Shown: positions 14,276 through 26,690 of the stretch, one piece after another | Numbering within the stretch: the first letter of the stretch is position 1 | Layout: each line of letters starts with the position of its first letter | Origin: the human T2T-CHM13v2.0 reference genome, Homo sapiens | Assembly: GCF_009914755.1 (NCBI RefSeq) | Contig: NC_060929.1 | DNA: 64,000 nucleotides | Reading direction: 5' to 3' (one strand) | Made by a program: the position numbers and the translations under genes | Notes under the pieces: generated by a model | The model's input: only the letters and a program-made list of their open reading frames with translations | Told to the model about the DNA's origin: nothing | The model's database searches: none

Positions 14276-15544
14276 CTGAATGCCAGCAGTGTTCTTGGTG
14301 CTGGTGGGAAGCTCTGTCCCTGCAAATGCAGGGCACGGGCAGGAGTACAAAGAGGGGACCACATATCACAGGTCTCAACAGTTCAGAGTTCAAATCGAGC
14401 TAACAGCTGTTAAGTAAAATAGGTCTTAAGGGCTCCCTTAACAAATGTGCCTTTCCAACCATCGGGAAGGCCAGGTTCAAATTCCAAGTTGTTAGACGTC
14501 TTGAATCTCTGGTTGGAACGTGGCCCCGTGGGGAGGGTCATCTCGGCCAAGGGCAGCCCACTTCTCTTCTCATGCTGGCTGCATCACATGCTGTGAGGGA
14601 CCCTTGCATGGTGTGTGACACCCAGGCTCTGTTTTTACCTGCTGTGAACACCCATCCTTGGCCAGGCGGCAGAACAAACCTGGGGCACATCCGATCCTGC
14701 GGTCCCTGGAAATAGGCTTGAGCCTTTGGGGGTCTAGGATGAGCTCCTCCAAAACCCTGGGTCCATTTAGATTTGGGGATGACTTGGGGTTATTTGCCCA
14801 TTCAGCCTCTGCCCTCCGCTAACCCTGGAGGTGAAGGGCTGGGGCGGGTCAGGGACACACGTGATGCGGGGAACCTGCCCCAGAACAGGGTCAGCTGCAG
14901 TTGTGCAGCTCCTGGCCCAGTCGCCTTCCTTCGTGACATGCCACCTGCGGCCTCGGCTCTCCTGCACACCTCCTTTCCTTCCTGTCCCGTGAGGCCCTCA
15001 CGGCCGTCCTTCCGTGACTGCATCATGACCCTGAATTCTGCTCTTGGACCCCAGGGCGTGCAGGCCTTTTGTAGAATACTCCAGACAGAGGAACTTCCAG
15101 ATCAAGTGTTGAAACTCAAATTAGCCATAGCTCAGACGAACATGGAGGAGTGGGAAGACCTCAGCCCCTATGTAGGCAGAAAGACCTGGGTTTGGGGAGG
15201 TCACTGGTACCTCATACCTGGGCAACCTAGCATGGGCTCTTCATTTCTGAGAACTCTTTTCCCTACATGTTCTTCCTCCATAGGCTTGTAGAGGGGATTA
15301 AAACAGGGTGACCCCTGCAACCGCTTAGCCCAAAAGCCCAAAGCTGCTTCTCCCTACAACCTTCTCTTTAGTTTTCGTTTTCAGATTTTTCCTGATTATC
15401 CCCAATTTTATGAATAATAATTATAACACTTATTTGCTAGACACTGTACTAAGTACTTTATACATGTCTACTCTTTAAATACTTACCTTGACTTTTTTGC
15501 AGATAATCAAGTCAATGTGTAGGTACACTTTTGAAATTAGTAAG

Positions 15545-15954
15545 TGCCATGGTTTGGATGTCTGTCCCCTCCAGACCCCATGTTGAAATTTGATCCCCAA
15601 TATTGGAGGTGGGGTGAATGGGAGGAGTTTAGGTCATGGGGGCAGATCCCTCTTGAATAGATTAATGCCCTCCCTTGGAGTGAATTCTTGCTTGGCTAAT
15701 TCCTTCTAGAACTGGTTGTTAAAGAGCCTGGCATCCGGCTCCCCACTCACTTCCTCTCTCACTACGTTTTCTCTGCATACCAACTCCCCTTCACCTTCCG
15801 CCATGAATGGAAGGAGCCCATGGCCCTCCCCAGATGCAGATGCCCAACTGTGAACTTCTCCAGACATCAGAATCATGAGCCGAAGAAAGCTTTTTTCTTG
15901 GTAAATACCCAGGCTCAGGTATCACTCTACAGCAATACAACATGGACTAAGACA
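15545..15954 (+). mobile_element. MSTB-type MaLR solo LTR
   Basis: TG...CA ends (tgccatggtttggatg...ggactaagaca); TSD gtaag/gtcag. Confidence 0.9.
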
Positions 15955-15974
15955 GTCAGTGTGCTCATGCAAAT

Positions 15975-16132
15975 AGCATATCAACAGCCACCTGTGCACT
16001 TGATAAAAATGCACATTCTCAGGCTTCAGCCCACACCTGCTGAATCAGAAACTCTGAGGTGGGCCCAGCAATCTCTGTGCCCACATGACCTTCAGGTGAC
16101 TCTGATATGCACCCAAGTTTAAGAACTATGGC
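15975..16132. mobile_element. MER5A fragment
   Basis: cctgctgaatcagaaactctg...aggtgactctgatatgcacccaagtttaagaact. Confidence 0.78.
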
Positions 16133-16172
16133 CTAGTTTCCCCGTGTACTCAGCTACCCTATGTGATTAATA

Positions 16173-16255
16173 CAGGCTGAGTATACCTTATCTGAAAGGC
16201 TTGGGACCTGAAGTGTTTCAGGCTTTGGATTTTCAGATTAGGGATGCTCAACCTG
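16173..16255. mobile_element. Internally deleted Tigger4/MER46-like MITE
   Basis: TA-caggctgagtat...gatgctcaacctg-TA: terminal inverted repeats with TA TSD. Confidence 0.78.
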
Positions 16256-16644
16256 TAATTACTACTAATAATAGTAAACGCTTATTTGGCTCTTGCTATG
16301 TGCCAGGGGCTCTGCTAAGTGCTTTGACATGGAGTGTCTTCCTCATTCTCAAAGCATTTGATGAGGCTATTAAAGTCCTCATTTTACAAGCAAGAGAACA
16401 GGCACAGAAAGGTTGGGTGACTGTTTAAGGTCACACAGCCTCAAGCATATGCCTCCTTTTCCACAGTGGTTGTAATGATGACAGGGAGGCAGGCAACATT
16501 TTACATAATTTTTTAAAAATTTATTCCCAGAAAGCCTTGCAATCTCAAGGATTTTTTCTTAAAAATGGTAGTTGACCAGAAAATGTAATTGATGGGAACT
16601 GGCCCATTCTCAGGGCATCTGGATAATTTAGGTTTTCCTGTGGT

Positions 16645-16997
16645 CTAGGTGGCAAAGCCAGATGCCTGCAGGGCCAGGCAGGAGACATAACCCAGTGAGG
16701 TGGTGCCAGGGTGAGGACTGTGGTGAGCTGGAGAGTGTATGCCCAGTCCAGGGGGAGCAATGGCTGGCTCCACAGCTCTAGAGAGAGGGAGGTGTTGTCA
16801 TGGGGGGATGTGGGTGTCTTTTACCTTATTTTGTAAGAAAAAAACCAACAGGAATCTGGGTGTTATATGAACTCTCCCAAGTTTAAAAAACTCAGTGTTA
16901 AACTCTCTGCATTCTGTTTTTTCAGACACCATGAAGGCTGAACAAAGGATATCTGGGGGCAAAATCTGACCCATGGGCTGCCCATTGCCACCTCTGG
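16645..16997 (-). mobile_element. MER102-like hAT element
   Basis: ggtggcaaa...atgcctgcagggccaggcagg at one end, ttgccacctctg at the other. Confidence 0.65.
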
Positions 16998-17149
16998 GCA
17001 GCCCTCCTTGATGGTGTGGAGTCCGCGGTCCGCATTGGTTAACTTAACTGTGCTTCCTCAGATCCAGTCTGGAATTAATTATTGAATTGTATGCATTTTC
17101 AATGCCATCCTCAAGCTAACAGCCAACTATGCGGGGGAATAAAACGGAG

Positions 17150-17450
17150 CAGAGAACCGAGTTGGGTTCCAGAGACCCCAGATTGTCTTCATTTGCAGTT
17201 GCCAGGTTCCCTGCAGCCCGGGTCTGTGGATTTCCCGCGGCTCAGCGCCCGCAGCTCAGGCTCCGTGGAGCCCGGCGGCATGGACGAGGCGTCGCGCGCG
17301 CCCTCTAGTGGAGAAAAAGGGTCACTGCCGAACGCCAGCTGCGGACCGTCGAGAGTTCCTTGGGCCATGGCTCCTGCCGGGAGCAGCAGCCCTGGGGCCG
17401 GGATCCAGGATGCAGAGGCGAGAAAATGAACTGCCCGGCCACCACGAAGA
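17150..17450. promoter_or_regulatory. Small orphan CpG-rich island
   Basis: Dense CpGs (e.g. gtcgcgcgcgccc) in an otherwise CpG-depleted background; not Alu-derived. Confidence 0.65.
17298..17311 (-). promoter_or_regulatory. CTCF core motif within a small CpG-rich patch
   Basis: Reverse complement reads CCACTAGAGGGCGC, matching the CTCF consensus. Confidence 0.8.
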
Positions 17451-17589
17451 CAACCCACCCCTTGCCAGTCACCCCTCAAACTACTGACAATGTCAACAAC
17501 AATAATTATAACAATCATATTAATAAGTAGAATGACAAATATAATAATATTTAACAGTTTGTGATTTTCAGCCCACAAGGTTTCGCCTA

Positions 17590-18081
17590 CTGTGTAGATT
17601 ACTCGGGACTCTGCAGGCCAGTAGGCCATGTATAGATGGACAGAAAGAGGTTTGTTATCAGAAATGGGCTCACATGACTGAGGATACTGTGAAGTCCCAC
17701 GACCTGCTGTTTGCAAGTAGGGGATCAGGGAAGCCAGTGGAGTAGGTCAGTCCAAGCCCAAAGGCCGAGAACCAGAGGAGCCGACGGCCCAGCTCAAGCA
17801 GAAAGAGTGGCACTCACCCTTCCTCTGCCTTTTGTTCTCTTCAGGCCCTCAGCAGATTGCAGGACGCCCCGACACAAGGAAGGGCGATCTTGACTCAGTC
17901 AGTCCACGGATGCACGCTAACCCCTTCCAGAAACACCCTCACAGACACACCTAGAAATAATGTGGGGTTTTTGGTGTTTTACTTTTAATTGCATTTATTT
18001 TAATGCCGGATGTATTTCCGCGTTGCCAGCTCCTGAGCATCTCTGAGCCCAATCAAGTTGACACATACAATTAACCATCAC
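17590..18081 (-). mobile_element. MLT2 (ERVL) LTR
   Basis: Ends caagttgacacatacaattaaccatcac, the reverse of the MLT2 5' end. Confidence 0.85.
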
Positions 18082-18118
18082 GCTGTGTCAGTTCAATCAT
18101 TAAAAATACGCAACACTC

Positions 18119-18467
<349 letters not shown>

Positions 18468-18519
18468 TCACCGAACAAGATTCAAACAGTATGAATGAAC
18501 ATATTGCAAATGTTTTTAA

Positions 18520-18890
18520 GTGTTTTTGAAAACTTTCATTTTGAAACAATTTCAAACTTAGTTGAAAAGTTGCAAGGATGGCACAAAAACCTTCTATTAA
18601 TACATAGCTTTTAGCAGGATTCCTCAGTTGTTAACAATTTGCCACATTTGCTTTATAATTTTTGCTCTGTCTCTACATACTTTTAAGATCTGAGCCATTT
18701 GAAATATAATGCCCCCTTATAATAGTTCCGTGGGTCTTTCCTAAAAACAAGTCATTATCTTCCATAATCCAGTACAGTTGTTCAAATCAAGAAAATTAAC
18801 ATGGATGCAATAGTATTATCTCATCTGCAGACCTTCTTCAAATTTCACCAATTGTCTCAATAATACCATCCTTTTTAGCATTTTTTTGGC
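18520..18890 (-). mobile_element. L1MC/ME 3' fragment
   Basis: ttttgaaacaatttcaaactt...gttaacaatttgccacatttgcttta. Confidence 0.7.
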
Positions 18891-20351
18891 TGATTCCCAC
18901 TACAAACTATGAAAGCACAAATGTCTCTCCTCTGCCTTGCCCAGAGGTTCCTCTTTCAATCATAGGGGAGGTGCCGATAGGGTCTGTCTTTCATTTTTCT
19001 CAATGGAAGCACATTCCCCACTTCTCAATTTGCCTTGGGAGCTCTTATTTCAATCTCTTCTCAATCCTTCGAAGCAGGACTCCTCCCTAGCCATATTCTA
19101 CACAGAAGGAAACAGAAACTCAGCGTGAGGACGGCTCCTGCCCTGCGACCTCAGGTCCCCCAGCTGCCTTGCTAAGAGTTGAACCGTGCCCCCAGCCCCT
19201 ACCCTGATACATTTCAGCAAATTGATATGCAAGGCCCCTTTCCAGGCCCTGGGAACATGAAGAGGAAGTTGCTGATGGCTGTGCTCAAAGACTTCCCAGG
19301 CTAGTGCAAGGGACAGGAGAGGGCGGCCCTGCTGGAAGCTCAGTGAGGAGCCCTGCGGTGGGGAGTGGTTGAAGCCGTTAAGTCCTCTGGTGACCTATGG
19401 GTGTGGAGGCTGGACCAGAGGGCCTTAAGGGGTAGCCCTGCAGGTCCCAACCCCATTCTTGGTGGAAGTGTTGGCTGAGGTCTCTGGAGTTGAGTGGGGT
19501 GGCAGAACTGGGCACTCTCATGACAGGAGAGGGGGGATGGGCAGGAGAGGTGTTCAGAAAAGGAGTGCAGGGAGGGCGGAAGAGCCGCTGTGTGAGTTTC
19601 CCCCAGCCCCTTGAGCAGCTGTGGGCCTCCTGCCCAGTCCCCATGCTGGGACCGAGAGGGCAAAGCGTGCAGAGAAGGCTGCACACCCTGCAGCCTCAGC
19701 CAGCGCGTGATAGGGGAGCTCTGGGCAGGGACAAAGCTGCAGTCCCTGTCCCTGAATGTCGGGGCGGGGGGGGGCGGGGATAGAAAGGAGAAAATGGGGC
19801 AGAGAGAAAAGAAAGCGGTGGCGTGCACATGCCCAGGCCCTTTGCTCCACTTTCCATGCTATATGAGACACTTCCCAAAATTCACACTCCCTGGGACCCT
19901 GAGGATGGGGGCTGTATCAGAGGAATTAATTCGGTCACAGGAGGACAGGAGTCCAGCTCTGACTCAGTCCCAGTGGAGCATCGTAGAAAACCGACAACCA
20001 GTGTCCAAGGAGCCCACTTTGGTGTCTGATGGGTCACCAGGAAGAGTTTATTAGATTCCTGAAAATCATAAGTAAGCATCCCTGCTTTGTGGAATTTCAG
20101 TTGGTGAGTGACAATGCCAAGTATGCAATTTGTCCTTCAACTTTTCATTTATGCCACACCGCGTGCTGGGCTCTCTGCAGGTGCTGGTGAAACAGACATG
20201 AAAAGGCACAACCCCTGCCTCGGGATCTGGTGGCAAGATCAACAGGTAAACTGCAGGTCTGATACGGATTGACAGGTGCCACTCAGAGTGAGTACGGGTG
20301 GCAGAAACTCAGAGGGGTCCGCCTGCCCAGTCTGGGATTGGGAAAGGCATC

Positions 20352-20830
20352 TGATTAGTTTCTCATGGCTGTTGTAACAGATTACCACTACCTTAGTGGC
20401 TTAAAACAACATAAATGTATTCTCTTATGACACTGAAGGTCGTTAAGTGTGAAATCAGTTTCCCTGGCTATAGGTGTCATCTGAGCTGGTCTCTTCCGGA
20501 GGCTCCAGGGGAGAATCGCTTCCTGGCCCTGTTCAGCTTTGGGAGGCTGCCTGCATCCTTGCCTGCAGCCCCCTTCTCCTTCTTCAAAATGCACCCCTGC
20601 AACCTCTGCACCCAACATCACACGGCCTTCCCTGCTGCACTCAAATGCCCGTCAGCCTCCCTCATTATGGACACTTGTGATGTCATTTAAGGCCCATCTG
20701 GATAATCTAGGACACTCTTGCCATCTCCACATCCTTACCCACACCTGCAAAGTTCCTTTTGTCATAGAAGGTAGCATTCCTGAGTTCCAGGGATTGGGAC
20801 ATGGACATCTTTGTGGTGGGCATTAGTTGG
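20352..20830 (-). mobile_element. MLT1C/D solo LTR
   Basis: attagtttctcatggctgttgtaacagattaccac...ttagtggcttaaaacaaca. Confidence 0.85.
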
Positions 20831-22869
20831 CCTGCACAGCTGCCTAGAGCAGACATCTCTGCAGCAGCAGGCCAGAAGAGTGAGGGTGCTCCTGGGTGAG
20901 GGCCTTGGTGGAGTGGCAAAGGCAGGGAGGGAGAAAGCCTGGCATAGTCAGGGAAGGACAGATGAGCAGGAAAGGCTGGCAGGGGCCAGATCTCATAGGG
21001 TCTTGAAATCTCAGCTTAGTCCTGAAGGAATTGGGTCTTGCACAAAACCTAAACATTGAGTGAAGGCTGTTGTCTCAGCCAGGGCCCTAACAGGACACAG
21101 ATGACACACTAAGATGGGTAACTGAAGTGTGGGTTGATAAAGACGCTGTCTGCAAAGGGGTGGTCGGGGTTAGGGAAGCCAGCAGAGCATGGAGCATGCC
21201 TGGGACTGACACAGCTGTGAGGTGCTACTGTCTCTTTGGGGAGCTGTGTCTACCCCTAGACCCGAAGAGAGGAGGCCAGGGAGTGGCTATCAGAACCCAG
21301 AGAGGGTGGCTGTGTGGAGGAGCACATATGAGTCTGCAGTAAAGGGACGCAGCCTACCTGTGGTAACCTGGCAGGGAAGGACCGGGGGTAACAGATGTCC
21401 AAGTCCATTCTTCCTGCCCTGTGAGGGCCTGCCCATGCTCCCATTGGCCAAACCCCACTTGAAGCCAGAGAGCAAGAGTGATTGTCCCCATGGCATGGCT
21501 GGGTGGGCACAGCAGGGAGGAGGAAGATGGGGTGGGGACAGAGACACCCAGCGCAGGTGTCACATGGGGAGTAGCACCACCAGATCATTGTGGAGAAAGA
21601 TCACACTGGCCGTGATGTGGAGGGTGGACCCGAGTGGGACAGAGGAGGAGGTGGGGAGGTCAGGGCATTCCAAGTGATTTAAAAAGCACATTAAAAAATG
21701 CATTTCCCTAGTTAGGGGTCCATTTACCCGAAGAGGTATCTGGGATTGTTCTGCTCCCAGCTGTGTCTGGTAGAGTGGAATTCGTCCCAAAGTTGCTGTT
21801 ATATATCACACCAAATGTCTCCCTTGCAAAGGTGCAGCGCCAGTAGAAGGCCTCAGGCAGGCTTGGTTGCAAACAACAGAAACCACTTGTATTGAGTTTA
21901 AGCAGAAATGGGATTTATCACTGGCTACTTGGGGGCCCCAGCATCTTTTGAATGACCTGGGAACTGGGCTCTAGAATATGGCCCAAACGTGCCACCTACT
22001 GCAGAGCAGCTCCAGGAAACAACACGGCAGCCTGCCCTGAGTAGGGCAACTGCAAAGGGGCTTCCAATGTCGCCTCCCCGCCAGGGTGGAGCCCATGGGA
22101 CCTTGCTTCGTCCTGGAGCCCCTGGCTCTGAATCTGAGTCTGGTGCAGGTACATCTGTATGGTGAGTTTGGTCACATGCCTGCACCCTCCTGTCTGAGAA
22201 ATAGAGTTTCTGGCTCCTCTAGACAGTCAGGGACTGAGGAGGCAGGAGCTCCCCAAAGAAAAGATGTTTGAAGCACTGGACAAGAAGAAAGCAGGACGAA
22301 TGTTCATTACAGGTAAATAAAGGTAAATTACTTTAAAGCTCAGACCGTCAGGTATCCCAAGGAGAGACGGCATGCGTGTGAGTGTCATGTGTGTGAGTAT
22401 CATGCATGTGAGTGGTTCCATCCTTAGGAAGAAAAACATGGGAGGAACCTGCAGTGTGCAGCCTCTGTCCAGACCCACCTGCTGAGGGGCCCAGGCACCC
22501 CAAAGTATACCCTAAATATGATCAGATCCAGGGAGCATTGTGACTGAGTTTTCAGGTTAGCCTCTGTGCAACCTGACTTCCCATGGGCAGGGTGGAGTGC
22601 TGGGAGCATTGATTCAATTCTTCCCTTGAGCACTCTTCACCCCCATCTCTCTCCAGAAATGTACCGAGAGTCTAACTGCTCTATACTCTGGGAGGAACAC
22701 GAACATGATTCCACCTCAGTTCCAAGCTTTCTGAGAACCATCCTGGGAACCAGCAAGCATGACAACTCTCCACCTTCTGCATCAGTCACTTGCAAGGAGG
22801 CCAGTGGGCACAGTTCATGCTACTGAGTGAGATGGCGCCCAGAGGCCAAGGCCAAGGGCAGGGCTGCAT

Positions 22870-23780
22870 TTTCTGGTTCTTTTATATTTGTAGCAAGATA
22901 CTCTTAGTGGAAGAGCCCAATATCTGGGCTTGCCTAAAAGTCTCCTTAGCTAGATCATTCAATTTATGAGCTTTCCATCTTGTTGCAGTGTTGCTTAATT
23001 TCTGCCTCTCCATAACAAGAATCACCTTTCTTCCAGTCTCTAATGCATTGTTCTCACTTTCCTATAAACCCTCACCAACATTCTCCTCCCACTACTGGCT
23101 TCTCCAGTGCCCTTTAGGCTTTCTCTGACACTTTCTTCAAAGTCCTTTCAGCTTCTGCCCTCTGCTCAGTTCCAAAGACGCTCCCACATTGGTAGGTTTA
23201 TGTTCCATCAGCACCCCACTTCTGGTACTAAGCTTTATATCAGCTATCTACTGTTAGGCAACAGCCAAAACTTAGTGACTTAAAACAGACACAAACATAT
23301 ATTATCTTTCACAGTCTCTGTGAGTCGGGAATTCAGGAACAGCTTAGCTGGGTGTTCTGGCTCCAGGTCTCTCATGAGGTTGCAGTCTAGATATGAGCTG
23401 GGACAGTGGTCATCTGAAGGCTGGAATGAGGCTGGAGGATCCACTTCCAAGGTGGCTGACTCAGATGGTTGGCAAGTTGGTGCCGGCTGCGGCAAAGGCC
23501 TTGTTTTCTCTCCAGGTGGACCTCTCCACAAGGCTACTTGAGCAGCCTCACAACATGGTAGCTGCTTCCCCAGGGCAAGTGATCCAAGAGCAAAGGTTGA
23601 AGTCACAATGCCCTTATGACTTAGCCTTGGATGTGACACACCATCACTTCTGCAGTATTCTACTGGTAACACTGACCAGCTCTGATTCAGTTTGAGAAAA
23701 GAGGACACAAAAGCATGAATAACAGGAGGTAAGTTTCACTGAGGGCCTGTGGATCATCTGGGAGCTGTCTACCACCAATA
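22870..23780 (-). mobile_element. MLT1 (F/G/H-type) LTR plus adjacent internal sequence
   Basis: LTR from ~23236 (aaaacttagtgacttaaaaca...ggatccacttccaaggtggct); internal junction ccacttctggtac. Confidence 0.75.
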
Positions 23781-23879
23781 GTCAAAAGAAAAAATTAGGT
23801 ATAAATATATGCATACGTGTGTGTATATATATATGTATGTATAATTTTAAAAATATATATTTATTATAAAAGTAATTAA

Positions 23880-25110
23880 TATTATTTGTAGAAATTTAAA
23901 AAAAATTTAGAGTAGCAAAAATAAGACAGTAAAGATTACCCCATAATAGCTCCATGCAGAGAAAAATCATTATCAACATTTTGGGGTATATCTTATCAGC
24001 CTGAACTTTAAACATTTTTACAAAAATGGAATAATACTGGACAAAATCTTTCATGCTATCAATTTTTTCATTTACTAGTACAGTCAAAAACACAGTTTTA
24101 TTGCATCTTTTTTCATGGTAACATTATATTCCTGCCAGTGATTAAGATGTAATTGATTTTTCCAATGCGCTATTACTGGACATGTAAAGGTTCTCAAATT
24201 GTTACATCATTAACAAAACTGGAATGACCATCTTCAGAGCTAACTTGCTGTCTTTATCCCTGATCTTTCCTTAGGATGGATATAGAATACCAGCATCAGC
24301 AAGTGTACACGATTTAAAGCACATTTGGTATCTATTACCAAGCTGCCCTTCAGAGAGGTTGTCTCGTTACACATTCCACAGCTGTGACTGAGAAACCGTC
24401 TTGTCGCATTTGACAATCCAGGTTACTATCTAAAAACTTGAGTTTGTAAGAGCAACACGCCATGAGATAATATTCGTGCAAATGTAACTGACAAAAGACT
24501 AACATCCCATAATACTAGAGCACCTACAAACCAAGAAGATAAACATCCCATTGGGAAAGTGTAAAAATATGAACATAAAGTTTACAGAAGAAAAAACACA
24601 AATGGCTCATAAACACACAAAAAGATGATATTGTTTCCTGGTAATTGGGGAAATGCAAACAAAAACTACAATGAAATATCGTGGTATCGTGTATCAAATT
24701 TGCAGAGCATAAAATAGATTACATTCGCAACCAGCAACTACAACCCAACCTTCAGCCTCACTGGACTTCTTGCCATTCCCCAAACCATATCCACGCCCCT
24801 CTCCACAGGCTGTTCCTTCTGCCTGCATGCCCTCGATGGCACCAAGGGGGATGGGCACACTAACACAACTGCTGGGAATGGGAAAGTTTCAACCTCTTGG
24901 GAATAAAATCTAACAGTATTTATTGGAATGTAACCTGTGCATACTCCACAGCTGGGCCAGTACCCTGCAAGAACCCCTCTGGCTGCTGCACAAAGCTCTT
25001 CTCTGCATCCTTTTTTATACTAGTGGAACCCTGGACACAGCCTGCATATGGATCAAAAGGGCAGTGGTTATAAATATACTATGGTCCATCTCTAGGCTAG
25101 ACTGTGATGC
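23880..25110. mobile_element. Degenerate L1ME fragments in both orientations
   Basis: Antisense piece ~23880-24420 and sense piece ~24450-25110 (gaaatgcaaacaaaaactacaatgaaatat). Confidence 0.6.
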
Positions 25111-25129
25111 AGTGGTTAAAGCCAAGTAT

Positions 25130-25330
25130 TGCAGAAGAGTGATTAAGCATTCGTGCTCCAAAGCCAGATAGCCTAGGTTTCAATCCCAGCTTTGCCACTT
25201 ACTTGCTGTGTGATCTTGTGCAACTCACTTAGCCTTTCTGTGTCACAGTTTCTCCATCTGTATAATGGACGATAACACTAGCCCCTACCTCATAGGGTCA
25301 TTGTGAAGAGTAAATGAAATTAATATTGCC
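25130..25330 (+). mobile_element. MIR
   Basis: aatcccagctttgccacttacttgctgtgtgatcttg...cagtttctccatctgta. Confidence 0.82.
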
Positions 25331-25446
25331 TATGTCACAGAGTGATCCTCCTCAAAATCTATTAGATGAAAAAAGAAATTTCTAGAAATTATCTACATAC
25401 ATATTCTGATGGGATTTGTGTAAAGAATTTAACCAACAAACCCATA

Positions 25447-25512
25447 TTACACACACATACACACACACTCACACAGACACACTCACACACACACACACAC
25501 ACGCACTCACGT
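25447..25512. repeat. Imperfect (CA)n microsatellite
   Basis: Direct reading. Confidence 0.9.
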
Positions 25513-25883
25513 GCGTAGAAGTAGATCTAGGAAGATCCATGACACACATGCGAGGCAGGTGAATGGGGACATTAAAAGGAGGACTTCCACGTTTAATTCT
25601 GAATGGTCTATTTTATTTGTGCAATTTTTAAAAATCAAAGCAATAAATCACTGTAAAAGAAACCTGCCAGGTTTTGAGTCTTACCATTCTACCCCGGGCT
25701 CACCCTTCTCTCTCATTGAATCTCAGGTGTCTTCGGGATCATTTAGTTTAGAAGAGGAAGAAATGTCCCTGGACCCCACCAGTTGAACACTAATGCTCCT
25801 TTGGGGATTGCGCCCTCACTGTCTCTCTAAGCATCTGTGGATTGGGGTCTTGTCCCTGCGGGCTCCTCCCGCCTACTCAGAGT

Positions 25884-25897
25884 GCGCCCTCTGGTGG
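25884..25897 (-). promoter_or_regulatory. CTCF core motif
   Basis: Reverse complement reads CCACCAGAGGGCGC. Confidence 0.78.
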
Positions 25898-26082
25898 TGA
25901 TAACTTGCAGTACTGCGCGCCCACAGCACGTGTGGGGAAGGCGAAAAGCTTTGCTGATTCTCCCAGGGGCCTCAGCCCAGGAGCCCTGGGCTTTGACTCT
26001 GGGTCTAGTGCTAGTGGTGGTACCAGATCTCTGTCCCTTGTCGAGGAAGGACACTCTCTATTTGTTTTTAAGTTGTCTCTAT

Positions 26083-26287
26083 CTAGGATTGTCAGATTTA
26101 GCAACTAAAAACACAGGATGCCTGGTTAAATTTGAATTTTAGAGAAATCACAAATAACTTTTAGTATGAGTATGTTGCATGACATCTACTAATTTTACAC
26201 AACTCATACTTATATTAAACAAAATTATTTGTGGTTTCTCTCAGGCTTAAATTCCACTGGGCGCCTGTGTCTTATCTTGTGACTGTG
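26083..26287. mobile_element. MER53 palindromic hAT MITE
   Basis: cagatttagcaa...caggatgcctggttaaatttgaattt...actgggcgcctgtg. Confidence 0.82.
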
Positions 26288-26464
26288 GGAGGAGATCTGT
26301 TGGGAAGCGGGTAGGGGAGGTGGTGAGAAAGGAAGGGAGAAGGCCTGGGTATGGTGTGTGATGGAAGGGCACGATGGTTCAGGCGAGTCTTTGGTTGCAG
26401 GAGACTGTAAATGGCATCTGCTCTCCAGGCAGCTGGAGCTGTCAGGCTGTAGAACAATGCTGCT

Positions 26465-26620
26465 CAGCCCTGGGAGCTTTGAAAACCTGACGTGTGGGTC
26501 TGATTCCCACAGATTCTGATGTCATTGGTTTGGTGGCATTGGGGTGAGGGTAGGCTCTGGCATTTTTTAAAGCCCCAGGCAATTCAAATGTGCAGCCAAG
26601 GTTGAGGACCACTACTCTAG
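26465..26620. mobile_element. MER5-family fragment
   Basis: ttttttaaagccccaggcaattcaaatgtgcagccaaggttgaggaccact. Confidence 0.75.
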
Positions 26621-26630
26621 GGGATCTGCA

Positions 26631-26690
26631 GTGTGTGCATGTGTGCGTGTGAGTGTGCATGTGCGTGTGTGCGCAAGTGCGTGTGTGCAC
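26631..26690. repeat. Imperfect (TG/CG)n alternating purine-pyrimidine tract
   Basis: gtgtgtgcatgtgtgcgtgtgagtgtgcatgtgcgtgtgtgcgc... Confidence 0.8.

Noticed and set aside
14773-15291. 172-aa ORF (also the 179-aa ORF at 6567-7106 and 175-aa ORF at 17189-17716)
   Set aside because: No recognisable homology. The latter two overlap L2 and MLT2 repeats. Lengths are compatible with chance.
26083-26287. Apparent hairpin
   Set aside because: Explained by the palindromic MER53 MITE.
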